DNA from: Octopus bimaculoides
Lineage: Eukaryota
Reading direction: 5' to 3'
DNA: 64,000 bases
NCBI RefSeq assembly: GCF_001194135.2
Contig: NC_068984.1
Location: 67,080,733-67,144,732, forward strand
Shown: positions 51,971 to 64,000 of the stretch, piece after piece
How the letters are laid out: the number at the start of each line of letters is the position of its first letter
How positions within the stretch are numbered: position 1 is the first letter of the stretch
Notes under the pieces: generated by a model
What the model saw: the letters and a program-made list of their open reading frames with translations, nothing else
The model's database searches: none
What the model was told of the DNA's origin: nothing
Position numbers and translations under genes: made by a program

Positions 51971-52510
51971 NNNNNNNNNNNNNNNNNNNNNNNNNNNNNN
52001 NNNNNNNNNNNNNNNNNNNNNNNNNNNNNNNNNNNNNNNNNNNNNNNNNNNNNNNNNNNNNNNNNNNNNNNNNNNNNNNNNNNNNNNNNNNNNNNNNNNN
52101 NNNNNNNNNNNNNNNNNNNNNNNNNNNNNNNNNNNNNNNNNNNNNNNNNNNNNNNNNNNNNNNNNNNNNNNNNNNNNNNNNNNNNNNNNNNNNNNNNNNN
52201 NNNNNNNNNNNNNNNNNNNNNNNNNNNNNNNNNNNNNNNNNNNNNNNNNNNATATATATATATATATATATATAAATTATTTTTTCTTTGAAGCCTTTCT
52301 ACGATTTTTTCTTTTTTACCCTGAAACCGGAAAATATCTATCTTCGAAGGAAGACATGTTTTTTAACGCCTTTCTGTTTCTTTTTTACACACTGCAATCG
52401 CACACTTTTGACAAGTAGGCTGAATTGTGTGTACTGAATAAACAACTGATTGATCGAGGCAGAATATGTTACCAAAAATATAAATAAACTAATGACATCA
52501 AATATTTCAG

Positions 52511-52554
<44 letters not shown>

Positions 52555-52655
52555 CTTTCACGCATACACACACACTCATATATATCCATATATTTATATA
52601 TATATATATAGGTATGCATGTTCTAAATATATATTTATACATGCCTGCGCGCACT

Positions 52656-52698
<43 letters not shown>

Positions 52699-53108
52699 AC
52701 GTTTTATGTACATACGTGTATTTGTGTATATATGTGTATAATTATATAATTATCGTTCATGGTTTGCTACTGAATAGCATACATTATCACGCACAACAAG
52801 CATCCATACATATATATCACGACTCTGAGCCTCCCTCATTCTCATTTCTTATATCTTCTACGAACTGAATTTTGTATCTCTCTTTTGCCATTTTCTCAAC
52901 TTCATTGAAAAGCTTTCATAAAGTTAGGCATTATAATGAATTATTAGAAAGTACCCCAAGAAAAAATTTCCCTTATTTTTGCAGAATTTTTGATGCGATA
53001 TTTTTTGTGAAGTTCAACAATCAAATTTGCATTATTATCTAATTTTTTTTTTTACATTCTTTATACTGTTTTGATTTGAAAGTGACTGCGCTCGCATATA
53101 TACGAGAA

Positions 53109-53139
53109 ATGCATAAATATGGATTCGCATTTGGCCCAG
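53109..53139 (+). CDS. Candidate first coding exon segment of a secreted protein (MHKYGFAFGP-G)
   Basis: ATG at 53109, donor CAG|gtgaaa at 53140 (phase 1); joins in frame to 55598. Confidence 0.25.
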
Positions 53140-53550
53140 GTGAAAGCATGTCGTGTATTTTATCAGCAATATCACAGTATCGTATCACTTCATTGGTGCG
53201 GCTTTAACCACAAATAGAAATAGCTTGATTTCCAAATGTTCCATTCAGCCATATATCATATATACTATATATAATATGTAAGCACTATTCAACGTTGGCT
53301 AAACTTAGGAATTATTGATAATCAACCAAGTATTTGTAATGTAACTCTATCTGTTAGAGACAATAGTCAAATCGCTCTCGTATATTATTCTATTAAAAAG
53401 CTTAGGGCTATGTTAGATAATGTATTATATTTATATATATGGTATTTCTGAAAAATAAAGTGGGATGGTCTCTCTTTGAACGACGTTGGTATGTCTTCTC
53501 GATCAGAATTGAACTGGGGAAGAGTAGTAGTAGTTAGAAAAAAGAACAAG

Positions 53551-53775
53551 AATAATAATAAACCTTTCTACTATAGCTACAGGGCGTCAAATTTTGGGGA
53601 AGAGGCGTGCTCGATTACATTGACTCTATTGCTCAACTGGTACGTATTTCATTGACACCGAAAGGATAAAAGGCAAAGTCAACCTCGGCGGCATTCGATC
53701 TCAGAACGTAAAGACAGACGAAATTCTGCTAAATATTTTGTCCGGCGTGCTAACAATTCAGACATCTCGCCGCCG
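53551..53775 (-). mobile_element. SINE family A with an (ATT)n tail
   Basis: Full colinear match to the reverse complement of 50071-50283. Confidence 0.9.
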
Positions 53776-55597
53776 TAATAAGAATAATAATGAGAAATTA
53801 AATGGTAAGTATAAATTTATATTCGCGAACGCTACAACACATATACTGGGAAGATACTGGAGAGATACGGTCTTCTTCGAACGGATAACCTTCAACATAA
53901 AACTGTGGAATACCACTGTAACTTTCGTAGTGTTAATTTGTGCTAATATGTGCAATTTACTAAGACCAGAAAAAAAAATCAATTCTAGAAGGACAATAAC
54001 AACATTAGTATAGTATTGCGATATGGAAAAGAAACTAGATTGCTAAAGAATCTTAGTGAGAGGGTGGCAATACTACAGCATTAGATCCTAACTCTTGGTA
54101 ATGCAAACATTTGAAACAGTGATCTCATTAAGGTGTGTGTAAATCACACTGCCTTGAATTATTATTTTCCCAACTATTCCTTGAATTAAAATACTCTGCT
54201 TAATCTTTCTTCTGTTTCATTTCTTCATTATCTGGTTATCTATACGCCTGTAGCTCAATAGTTTCTATTATCTTCATTGGGAACTTTGGAAATGATTAAT
54301 TCAGCTATCTTTGGGAGTATTCTTTTGTATAGAGAAAACCATTGATCGTTGTCATTGTTTCAAGATATCTCTTTAGACGTTAACGCCTTCCGACGTACGA
54401 AAGCATCAATTTTAAAAGCTGCTTGGCTTCAAAATCTTGTTTTTCCTTTGTACACTAATGCCGAAATGTAGTCGGCTCTTTTTACGTTGTTTAAGCGCAG
54501 TAAATTATGTCGTACTTTGCGACAAGTGTATATACAGACTACAGGTTAAATGTTTCAGGCAGTAATTATAGAGAAAAAGAAATATATGTTCACTGACTAA
54601 CTAAAACACTTTTATCGACTCCTTGAACCTATATTTAATTCATGAAATAAATTACTCTGAATCAATTTCAGTTTTTAATTGCATAGATTTTATCTAATTT
54701 CGAATTGGTTTGCTGTCTTTGAATTATTTTCATCACAATACTAAACTAAGAATTTCCCGCGTTTACTAAATTCACAAAAGTTTAATATTGATTCACATAG
54801 ATCTAAAACATTTTGTTTTAGACGCTATAGGTAAAGCAATGAAGATTGCCTGGAGCCCATGTTGTGTTTAATTAGTTTATTAAAATCGAATGAAATGAGT
54901 TTATTTAGAAACCCAATCTGAAGTTGTGATCTCATATTATTGAATATTACCTTTTTCTTACAACACTCCAGATCTAAATGTTCATTAGAATCAGAAATTA
55001 ATACATAGGAGCATTGCCAGCATAAAACTGAAAAGATATTCAGTGTCTAGTTTCAATTGAATCGTGCGTTTGTTACATTGCAATATATTTTGTTAGGATG
55101 CCTACTTCCTTCCCTTTCTCGAACAATATAGTCTTAGTTTGCATTATTATGATCAAGCAAATGCAACATATTCAACCCATGTCTTTCTGAAACATATTTT
55201 CACACTTGGTGTGTTTAAAAACTGGATGAAGCATTCGTATGAAGGTGGTGTCAGAGCTGGCTTCAGTTTAGTGACTGGAAAAAATCAAGTAGTCAAAGAA
55301 AAAACATACAATGTGTCCATTTTAAGTGTTGTACATTGTATTTCTAGGAAAATTGACTGCTATTTCGAATAGCGAGTCGTAAAACTGCTTAAAGGATTCA
55401 TGTTCGCTCGAACAGAAAGATTTATTGTTTGTCCCAAATGACTGTGTTTCACTGTACTATTTGAGATGTTATATATTTCTTGACATGTACTCAAAACACA
55501 TCCGTGTAAAGCTTCTTTTGATTAAGATTGAAAATTAATGTTGGTTATACTCTAGACTTGAATTTTATATTTCTATTTCAAATACATTGTATTTCAG

Positions 55598-55670
55598 GTA
55601 TTCTATATCTGATTCTGGTCCTGTATGCTACACCAAAATTTTGCTTTTCTAAGCCCTCACAGACTCCATC
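55598..55670 (+). CDS. Candidate coding exon encoding a signal-peptide-like hydrophobic stretch
   Basis: Acceptor ttgtatttcag and donor gtgagt. The single open frame reads (G)ILYLILVLYATPKFCFSKPSQTP(S). Confidence 0.35.
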
Positions 55671-56019
55671 GTGAGTAATTGTCATTGAATTATCGTACCA
55701 ACAAAAAATGGAGAATTTTTATTCTATCTATATGGGAAATAAAGAAAAATAACATACAATTCATAATTCTTGTAATACCTACGACCAATCTTGTTACATT
55801 TTTGCACACATATAACATACTTACACACATACAAATATGTGCATAGAAACACGAACTGACATTGCTAGGGCTGAACAGCACACTGCACATGGCGAATGAG
55901 AAGTAATATTAACACATGAATACAGAACATAAACATAACTATTCATATCGATGAAGACAGTATAATTTTTTCCTAAATACACACACAGACACAGAGAGAC
56001 AAACAGTCAGACACACGCA

Positions 56020-56085
<66 letters not shown>

Positions 56086-56350
56086 GTATGTGTATATGCG
56101 TGTATAATATATATGTATATATTTATGTATATACAGTATATAATATATATATAATATACAATATATGCATTCTATATAACGTTTTATCAACTAATGAGAA
56201 AGACTCGAACGCATGCATGTTGCCGCTCTGCATGTAAGAATAAAATGTTATTGAAGAAGAGGCTATGGAAGTTCCTACTATTTCATTGCTGTTGCGTTGC
56301 TTCCAGAAGGACAGCTGTTTGCTGTATGTAAAGCGTTGTATTTTTCATAG

Positions 56351-56524
56351 GTTGTTCGTTAATTACGACTTCAACGTTTACAATTGTGTGTATATCAGAA
56401 AGATGTAACGCTACTTATCCTAACTAGAAATCAAAAGTTCAAGACGTATGCTCATCCAATTGTGAATCCCTCAAATCATTGAATGTCATGCAATTGAATC
56501 TAGCCGCCCCATCTAAGAGAAACT
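56351..56524 (+). other. Candidate spliced exon (174 nt, 3n) with strong splice sites but stops in all frames
   Basis: Acceptor ttgtatttttcatag, donor gtgagt; the phase-1 frame has a single TAG. Confidence 0.3.
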
Positions 56525-59205
56525 GTGAGTATTTATAAACGAATACTTTTTTCTTTACAAAAGTTTGTTTTACACAAAAATTGTGTTTTTTTAATTATTT
56601 TTTTGATTTTACAAAAGAATATATTTTGGGTTTTCCCGTTTCCAAAATTTTACTTTTAGTTTGATGATAAATAATATTTTTACAAAAACAATATTTATTT
56701 GAAAAATAAAAGTTTAAAATTTGATATTCAGTTTTACAAGAAAATGTTTTAATATTCAAGAAATTACTAATTTTTTTGAAAGACATAGAATATATTCGAT
56801 ATGTTTACTTAATGTACACTGAGTTCTAAAGATGACTTACCTGAGGAGCTCCGTGGAAAGCGGGTAAATCACACATTACTGATGAACACCTTGATTACTT
56901 CCGTAGACAGTTGGGATATTATATAATAAATAGAGCCGTTTGTAATAAATTAAAACGTGCATACGGATTTATTTATTTTCTTGTTTACGTTGTGTAATTC
57001 TTTTATAAATAATTATTCAATAATATACCAGATTTGGTTATTCTCCCTCTTGCGTTTTGTTTTCTGCCTTCCTTGTTATTTTTTATGTACTATTTCAATG
57101 GAAATCGATTTCGAGTTTTCGCCTGAAAATATAAATGATACAAAACTGGTTACTATCTAAAGATGCTAGTTTTGTATGAAAGCATATGGAAGTATCGTAA
57201 ATAGTTTAAAACAATTGCGAGAAAGAAGTAGGAAAAATGAACACAACATATTGATTTTTCTACTTAGTTGCATGTTCCTGAAAATGAATTGAAAGAAAGT
57301 AGGGTGAGTTAGTTGAATTGACTCCAGCATAAAACTGCTATTTATTTGACAATCTTTGGAAAGAGAAAGGCAGGGTCGAATTTGATATTCCTAAAGAAGA
57401 GAGAGGAAACTAAGAAGTAAAATAATTTGATATAGACATTAAGCTACATTGCATTATATCTATGTTTTTGCTAAATGTATATGCATTATGTACACAATCA
57501 TGCTCATTTTTACAAATGGGTAAAATGGAACTGAGCAGAAATCAGAGTATATAGATGTATATATTAGAATATATTTATGTTATCTATGTTATTGGCTGAT
57601 AAAGTCTGAGTCTATGACGACACAGAAACATCTGTCATAAACCCTAAACTTACCTTCTAATAACAAAAATACAGTCTAATGTAGAAGGCACTACTACATA
57701 TCTGATTTACAAAAATGAGATAATTCAAATGTTTGGCTTTTGCCAAAGAAAAGAGACCAAGATACCTATACCATGAAATATATTGTAAGAGGAAATGTTT
57801 GGTACAGATTGCGTTTGACACGTTATTCTTGCATTGGATCAATATATGGACATAGGAACAGAAACAGATACATATACACTCTTTCTGCATAGACATTCAT
57901 ACTTAGAAGTGCATGTAATAAGCTACAAGCAAATGATTACAAAAAAACCAATCTCACAAACCACAAGACGGAACATGTCTTAATCACATAATCCCATGTC
58001 AATGCAATCATTTCTATAGATACCAAAATAAGCAGAACCAATGTACACACACGCACACACACACGCTCACACACACACATACTACACATGTATAGGTATA
58101 ACAGATATTGAAAATTGCCTCTAGCCAAACCATACAACATTTACATCACATGTATAAATGTATGTTTTCTGCTATATTACATTTTGGAATTAATTAGAAG
58201 TTATTTTTATTTTATAGAAAAGCGCTCATGAGATTTATCCACAATTTTATCTATCGTATGTTTTGTCAGAGTCTGAATGTTATCCTTTAAGTTACCTAAG
58301 GAGCGTTTTAGAACGTCCTATTTCTTTTTCTCTTTTAATTTTACTCTTCCGCTATCAATCATGTCCATGTTTTCGGTAGAAGAAAACTGTGAACGTTTTG
58401 TTTCAACTTTGGTTGTTTGATATATTCAAGGTCAATAGTTTTGAAAATTATATATACCTAAATTACTGTAATTAACATTTTCAGTAGTTTCTCTTTTAAT
58501 TATCAAGATTCCATTATTAAGTTTTCTTTATAGCTATCGAAATCTGTCACAATTTTTAATATTTTTTCGTTGTTTTTTTTTCTAAACTTATTATGAACTG
58601 AAGTTATCGGATTTTATAAACGAATATTTCGTGAAAACAAAATGCTCTTTAGAAATATTTTGAGAAAACGTAGGCATAGGAAATAGTCCACGTCGAAAAA
58701 TTAATGATACAAAGAGTAACGCATTCTTTTAAACATGGCCATTTAGTTGAATGCTAATGACGAAATATTCAATTTGAAAATACACCCCATTGTCTGGGGA
58801 GATTGCTTGCTTTATTTGAATAATTTTATTTCGAGAATAAAAGGAACATAGTTGTATAGAAGAACGTGATGTTAAAACGTAGTATAAAAACCTTTTATTT
58901 CAGTTTGTGATATAATCAATGTTAGAATTAAAAAGCTTCACAATTCTTAATACGTGTGTGTATAACCTTAATGCTGGAATTGCATTTATTTTCAAATACG
59001 CTTCTGCATCAACATATTGTCAAATGATATGAAACGAAAGGAAGCCAAAACAAGGGAATCTGTTATTCTCGCCTTGAATTAAAATTTTAGTGTTTTACAA
59101 TTATTAATAAACCGATAAAAAAGCAAATCATTTGTGAGCGTGAACGATGTTTTGTTGAAAACTTTACTCTCTCAATCTAATCCATACTGCTTGCACACAC
59201 ACTCA

Positions 59206-59688
59206 TATATAATATAAACCTCTATATATGAAGAGTTTTGCAGGTGTGTGCTTCTAAAAACGGCACAAAACGCTGCGAAGTATTCAACATTTATGTAATA
59301 TATTAATAGCGTTCAGAAATGAACAGTACCTTGCTACGTTACTTATTTTATAAATGTCTATACATGCTCATAGTAATGTTCGTTTGTGCATTCATTTAAA
59401 TATGTACGCATTTGATCAGACATCAGTGTAACCTGTTTTGTGTTACATAATGTCTATTTGCATACGGTCATAGGGTCATAGGCGATGTGGTTAGTTCTTG
59501 TCAAGGAGGTCTTACGATCAATTGTGCCAGGCCTTTTATTCATAAAATAAGTATCGAAGCAAGGTACTGTTCATTTCTAAAAGCTATTAATATATTACAT
59601 AAATGTTGAATATTTCGCAGCGTTTTGTGCCGTTTTTAAATGCACACACCTGCAAAACTCTTCAATAAATCGAGGTTTATATAATATA
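59206..59688. mobile_element. MITE/foldback element with ~147-bp imperfect TIRs
   Basis: 59206-59352 is the reverse complement of about 59541-59688 (for example GAAGAGTTTTGCAGGTGTGTGC / GCACACACCTGCAAAACTCTTC and AAAAACGGCACAAAACGCTGCGAA / TTCGCAGCGTTTTGTGCCGTTTTT). The ends are TA-rich. Confidence 0.9.
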
Positions 59689-60842
59689 GGTAAAAATCCT
59701 CTAACATACTTGCCTATATACAAAGGTAGGTGACGTACATAAGAATATATGGAGAGTGTTAAATCAACTTCACTTACCGAAGAAGTGTTTCTATGAAGAA
59801 AATAAATCTCTTTTTACTTGATAGGTTTTTCAATGATAACGAACGCGCAAGGCTATAGATTTCCTAATATAACAGGCTAGTTGTTTAGTGCCAGGCTTTG
59901 AAAGGTGAAGCTGAAGCGTAGAGAATATCTAACTTTCGCTGAATCTGTGCTACTTGTAGAAGTTCTACTTCTAATTAGGACCATTTGGGGATTCACAATA
60001 CATTGATCTGAACGAGTTAAATTTTCGCGCGCATGTATTGGTGGAAATTAAGATAATAATACGCAGTTTGAATTATAGCCGAACAAAAGAGAATTTACCA
60101 ATGATGAAGGTATTTCTCGGTATTTGTTGCAACACAGATTCTAACATCTGGGAATTTAATGTAGTTTTCAGTACTGAATTATTAACAATGTTTTTCCCAG
60201 AAGAGATTATCTGAAAGAAGCCATTGGATAGTATCATAGAATATATTTAAGAACAAGTAGATTTTCTATAGAATAAAAAGAAGCTATTTTCCTGTCGAGA
60301 GATTAGAAATGATTAATTGTGATCGAAAGCTTCGTTTGCGCGTACACATACGTACATACAAATATATACACAGACGTCTACATATGCAAGAAGAGAAAAC
60401 AGCATACAAATTCACATACATACTCATGCACACACTTAAACGAACCCAGATATGAAAAGAACAGCATAATCTCATTACGTTTATATGTTTATTGTAGAGA
60501 AGAGAACTATATGCATCGACAAAAATGTGTTTTAAGTATACTACAGGCAAATGTATAAATATAAAGGTAGCGTAATGGATGATAGAATAGTGGGAATACT
60601 TAAGCCAAAAAAAAAATGATTGTAGATAGATCTATAAATTAAAACTAATACTGTAGGATATATAAAGGAAATTACAAGAATGTGGCATATGAAACGATCA
60701 ATTAACCCACTCAATCAAAGTTCCAAATGAATTAAAAGAAATAAATTTACAAACATCGTTATGGTCAAAATAAATATTTCATTTAATATATTTAATGAAA
60801 AAATACCAGCAACAGAGAAAGTGTTAAGAAAGCATATATCTT

Positions 60843-61037
60843 TTATCTTTTACCTGTTTCAGTCATTAGACTGCAGCCATGACGGGGCATCACATTGAAG
60901 AACTTTTAGTCAAATGAAATTATCGCAGTACTTATTCTGTCTATCTCCCTTCTGCCGAATGGCTAAGTTGTGGGAACGTAAACGAACCAATACCGGAAGT
61001 CAAACGGTGCTGGGGGATAAACACGCGCGCGCACGCG

Positions 61038-61068
<31 letters not shown>

Positions 61069-61229
61069 GACAGGCTTATTTCAGTTTCCGTCAACCAAAT
61101 CAACTAACAAGGTTTTTGTTGGCCCGAGGCTATAGTAGAAGACACCTGCCCAAAGTGATACGCAATGGGACTGAACTGGGAACCATGTGGTTGGGAAGCA
61201 AGCTTCTTACCACACAACCACGCCTGCGT
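60843..61229 (-). mobile_element. SINE family B, near full-length, with an internal (CG)(CA)n microsatellite
   Basis: Reverse complement: GGCGTGGTTGTGTGGTAAGAAGCTTGCTTCCCAACCACATGGTTCCCAGTTCAGTCCC..TTTGGGCAGGTGTCTTCTACTATAGCC; 3' CATGGCTGCAGTCTAATGACTGAAACAGGTAAAAG. Confidence 0.9.
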
Positions 61230-61839
61230 ATGATGATTTTGTTAAAATGGTTGCATGCTATTTACCCTTTATCTATAAATTTATATAAAAAAAAACTATT
61301 ATCATCATAATTCAAAGCTTTAAGATATTAGTCTTTTTGTAAAGATTTTAGAATTTATATTATTGAAGCTTCCCCAATTGCGTGTGGCTATGAGATCATG
61401 ATGAAATATATTTGAATAATATGCAAGTTATATAAATAAAACAATAAGTATGAAAATTGAAATGTTTTAAAATGATAATGGAATGTTTTCTTATAAGTTC
61501 TTACGTTTAACAGTTAAAGAGGTCGTATTCTTAGCGAGAAGGTTGGTTACGTTTATGAGGTTTACTAACACTAACAGACTTGAGAGAAGATGTTTGTATG
61601 TAACTCGAACATTTATAGGCCGATGTTTCTGTGGAAAAAAACTTGATAATAGACATTTCAGTGGGATGTTTTCTGGAGGCGAAGTTATCAAGAAAGTATC
61701 TTTTTTTATGAGTTATTTGGAGTTAGAAAGTGTAAGATTTGACAGAAAAGACGGGAATCAATACACGAGTTTAGGGAGTGGAAGAGAACGCAGTTTGATG
61801 GCTCAAAAAAGCCCTTCGTAGTAGCGGTTGGAAAGATAC

Positions 61840-61878
<39 letters not shown>

Positions 61879-62239
61879 NNNNNNNNNNNNNNNNNNNNNN
61901 NNNNNNNNNNNNNNNNNNNNNNNNNNNNNNNNNNNNNNNNNNNNNNNNNNNNNNNNNNNNNNNNNNNNNNNNNNNNNNNNNNNNNNNNNNNNNNNNNNNN
62001 NNNNNNNNNNNNNNNNNNNNNNNNNNNNNNNNNNNNNNNNNNNNNNNNNNNNNNNNNNNNNNNNNNNNNACACACACACACACACACAGCTCCTCGGATT
62101 TGGGTCACCGTTTCTTTCCTCTTTTGTTATCTCCCCCTTTTTCTTAGCTCTCCTGCGCGAACTTCCTGTTCAGCAACTTCCTGTCCAGCAGTCGCCATGA
62201 TTGATCGCTGACAAAACATTCAATTTTTTTCCTCCATGT

Positions 62240-62400
62240 TTTTCTCCTTGTTTTCTCCATATTCTTTCTGTTGAAGAGCGTAGCTCGAAACGTTAAATAC
62301 TTTCTGTATTCCCGAGCGTTATACTAATACATCCTTTTGTTGTTTACACCACCTGTCCTCGTCTGCTGTTGTTTTTTTTCTTAAATTCTCCTATATATAT
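62240..62400 (+). mobile_element. Hammerhead-motif-containing dispersed repeat, copy B, ending in (TA)n
   Basis: CTTT-CTGTTGA-A-GAGC-GTA-GCTC-GAAA-CGTT-AAAT at 62264-62298; flanks align with 22760-22926. Confidence 0.7.
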
Positions 62401-62448
62401 ATATACACATACACAAACACACACGGACATACCTATTTATATATGCAG

Positions 62449-62494
<46 letters not shown>

Positions 62495-64000
62495 AGGAAA
62501 GAACGAACGACAGTGAGAGAGCGGGGATAGAATATTGTTAGCGAGTAATACTGGTGTGTTGGCGAATATTTTTCGTTAATCAAGCAGATGAGGATTTTGT
62601 AGCTCTGGTTTGGATAGTTGTTTGGATAACAAACATCGTCCCAGATGTGTAAACAGAACAAAGATGAACATCCACCTTTTCAAATGCTGTGCCAGTGTTC
62701 ACTGGGACGAGAGTCATACTCAACAGCATGATTTGCATGATTATAACTCTTTATATAAATGTTTAAAAGCTCAAAAGATTGAATGCGTGAGTTATAGATG
62801 AGTAGTGTAATGGAGAAAAGAACGCCAAGTTACTGCGTTGTTATTTAGCTCCAAATGAAATCGAATTGACCTATAATCAAATGTATCCATATTATGTTTA
62901 TTTCGTACTCTTTTCAGCAATAGTGTGCTCAGGGCTACTTAACCTATGCTGATCTTATTAAAAAAAGCAGTAAGATGTACTTTAAGTGATAGGTGATTGT
63001 GAATATGTAGATATATGGTGAGACAAGTTGAGCAATGAAAGAATTTGAACGATGTGCTGTTTTGTTTGTGTTTCTGTCTGAATTTTGAAGCAAACTAGAA
63101 TTGATGTTATAGAGAGAAATAATAACGTAATTTTCGTTTAGTAAGGGGTTGTGGTTCAAATCATGATTGAAAAAATGGCTACTGATCTTGGAGATGACAG
63201 GGGGAGTATTAACAAAGAGATTGATTCTTTCTCTATATAACTATGAGTGTAAAAGATAACACATAGAAGTTATTCGAGTAGTAATTAGAAGAAGGAACAT
63301 TTGTATAGAACATATGAGAAAGAGAGAGTGAGAGAAGGGGTAACAGAGATAGAGAAATATCGAAGACTAGGTAAGTTGAGATTGAAGCAGGAAGATTGTG
63401 GATGGGGCATAAAAAGAGAAGAAAATTAACAATAGAATTTAGCAGAGTGTTTTTTCGAAAAGACTATCAACTTTCGAGAAATCCATGATCAATGTTAAAG
63501 AAATACAACTGACTAGCACTGGGGAAACATTTATAAAACCAGAATTTTCAAAATGAAATGTATATCTTAATAAGCCAATACACACTGCTCCCTGAGTCAG
63601 TTGTAAAATGGTAAATTTAGCAACAGGTGTGTGGTATTTACAGGTGAAGTCAGAGAAACACGATAGTCACATCGATTTTGCTAAAACAGCAAAGTTTACC
63701 GATAGAATTAACAAGACAACTAATTTGAGAATATGAAACACATATACTTTTATTTTAAAGTAGTAATACGTTTAAAGTAAGAATAGTAGCTTCTGAGAAG
63801 CTTCTATCAGCAGAGAGTCAGTTTCATAGATTGAATGGAATATCAAAAGTAGATATAAAGTTAATGGATTTAAAAAAAATATTAGTTAAATGTTATAAAT
63901 TCATTCAAAGACAAATCCTCCTTAATCCAACATATTTGTTTTCTTTTATCTCACAAGACTTTTTAAAATGATGATTATCAAGCTCTCAAACCATTGTACA

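Overview
AT-rich, microsatellite-saturated eukaryotic draft-assembly DNA with 13 N-gaps. It is intronic or intergenic in character. The tRNA-derived SINE families, the (TA)n/(CA)n/(ATAC)n density and the TTAGGG repeats point to a coleoid cephalopod, probably Octopus (inference). No host gene can be confidently named, and almost all listed ORFs are microsatellite or N-run artefacts. Recognisable content is decayed mobile DNA: an R4/Dong-type RLE non-LTR retrotransposon fragment joined tail-to-tail to a Penelope-like RT fragment (2.2-3.8 kb), a Tc1 DD34E and a maT DD37D transposase pseudogene, an RTE-like LINE tail, about 20 SINE copies from three families, two MITEs and a Helitron-like 3' end. 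The most interesting items are three degenerate minimal hammerhead-ribozyme motifs in (TA)n-anchored repeats, a 578-bp MITE with perfect 37-bp TIRs, an 8-bp TSD and a central (CCCTAA)n(TTAGGG)n palindrome, a 603-bp TRIM-like direct-repeat element, and splice-supported candidate exons at 53-57 kb that could encode a small secreted precursor. All alignments were done by eye.
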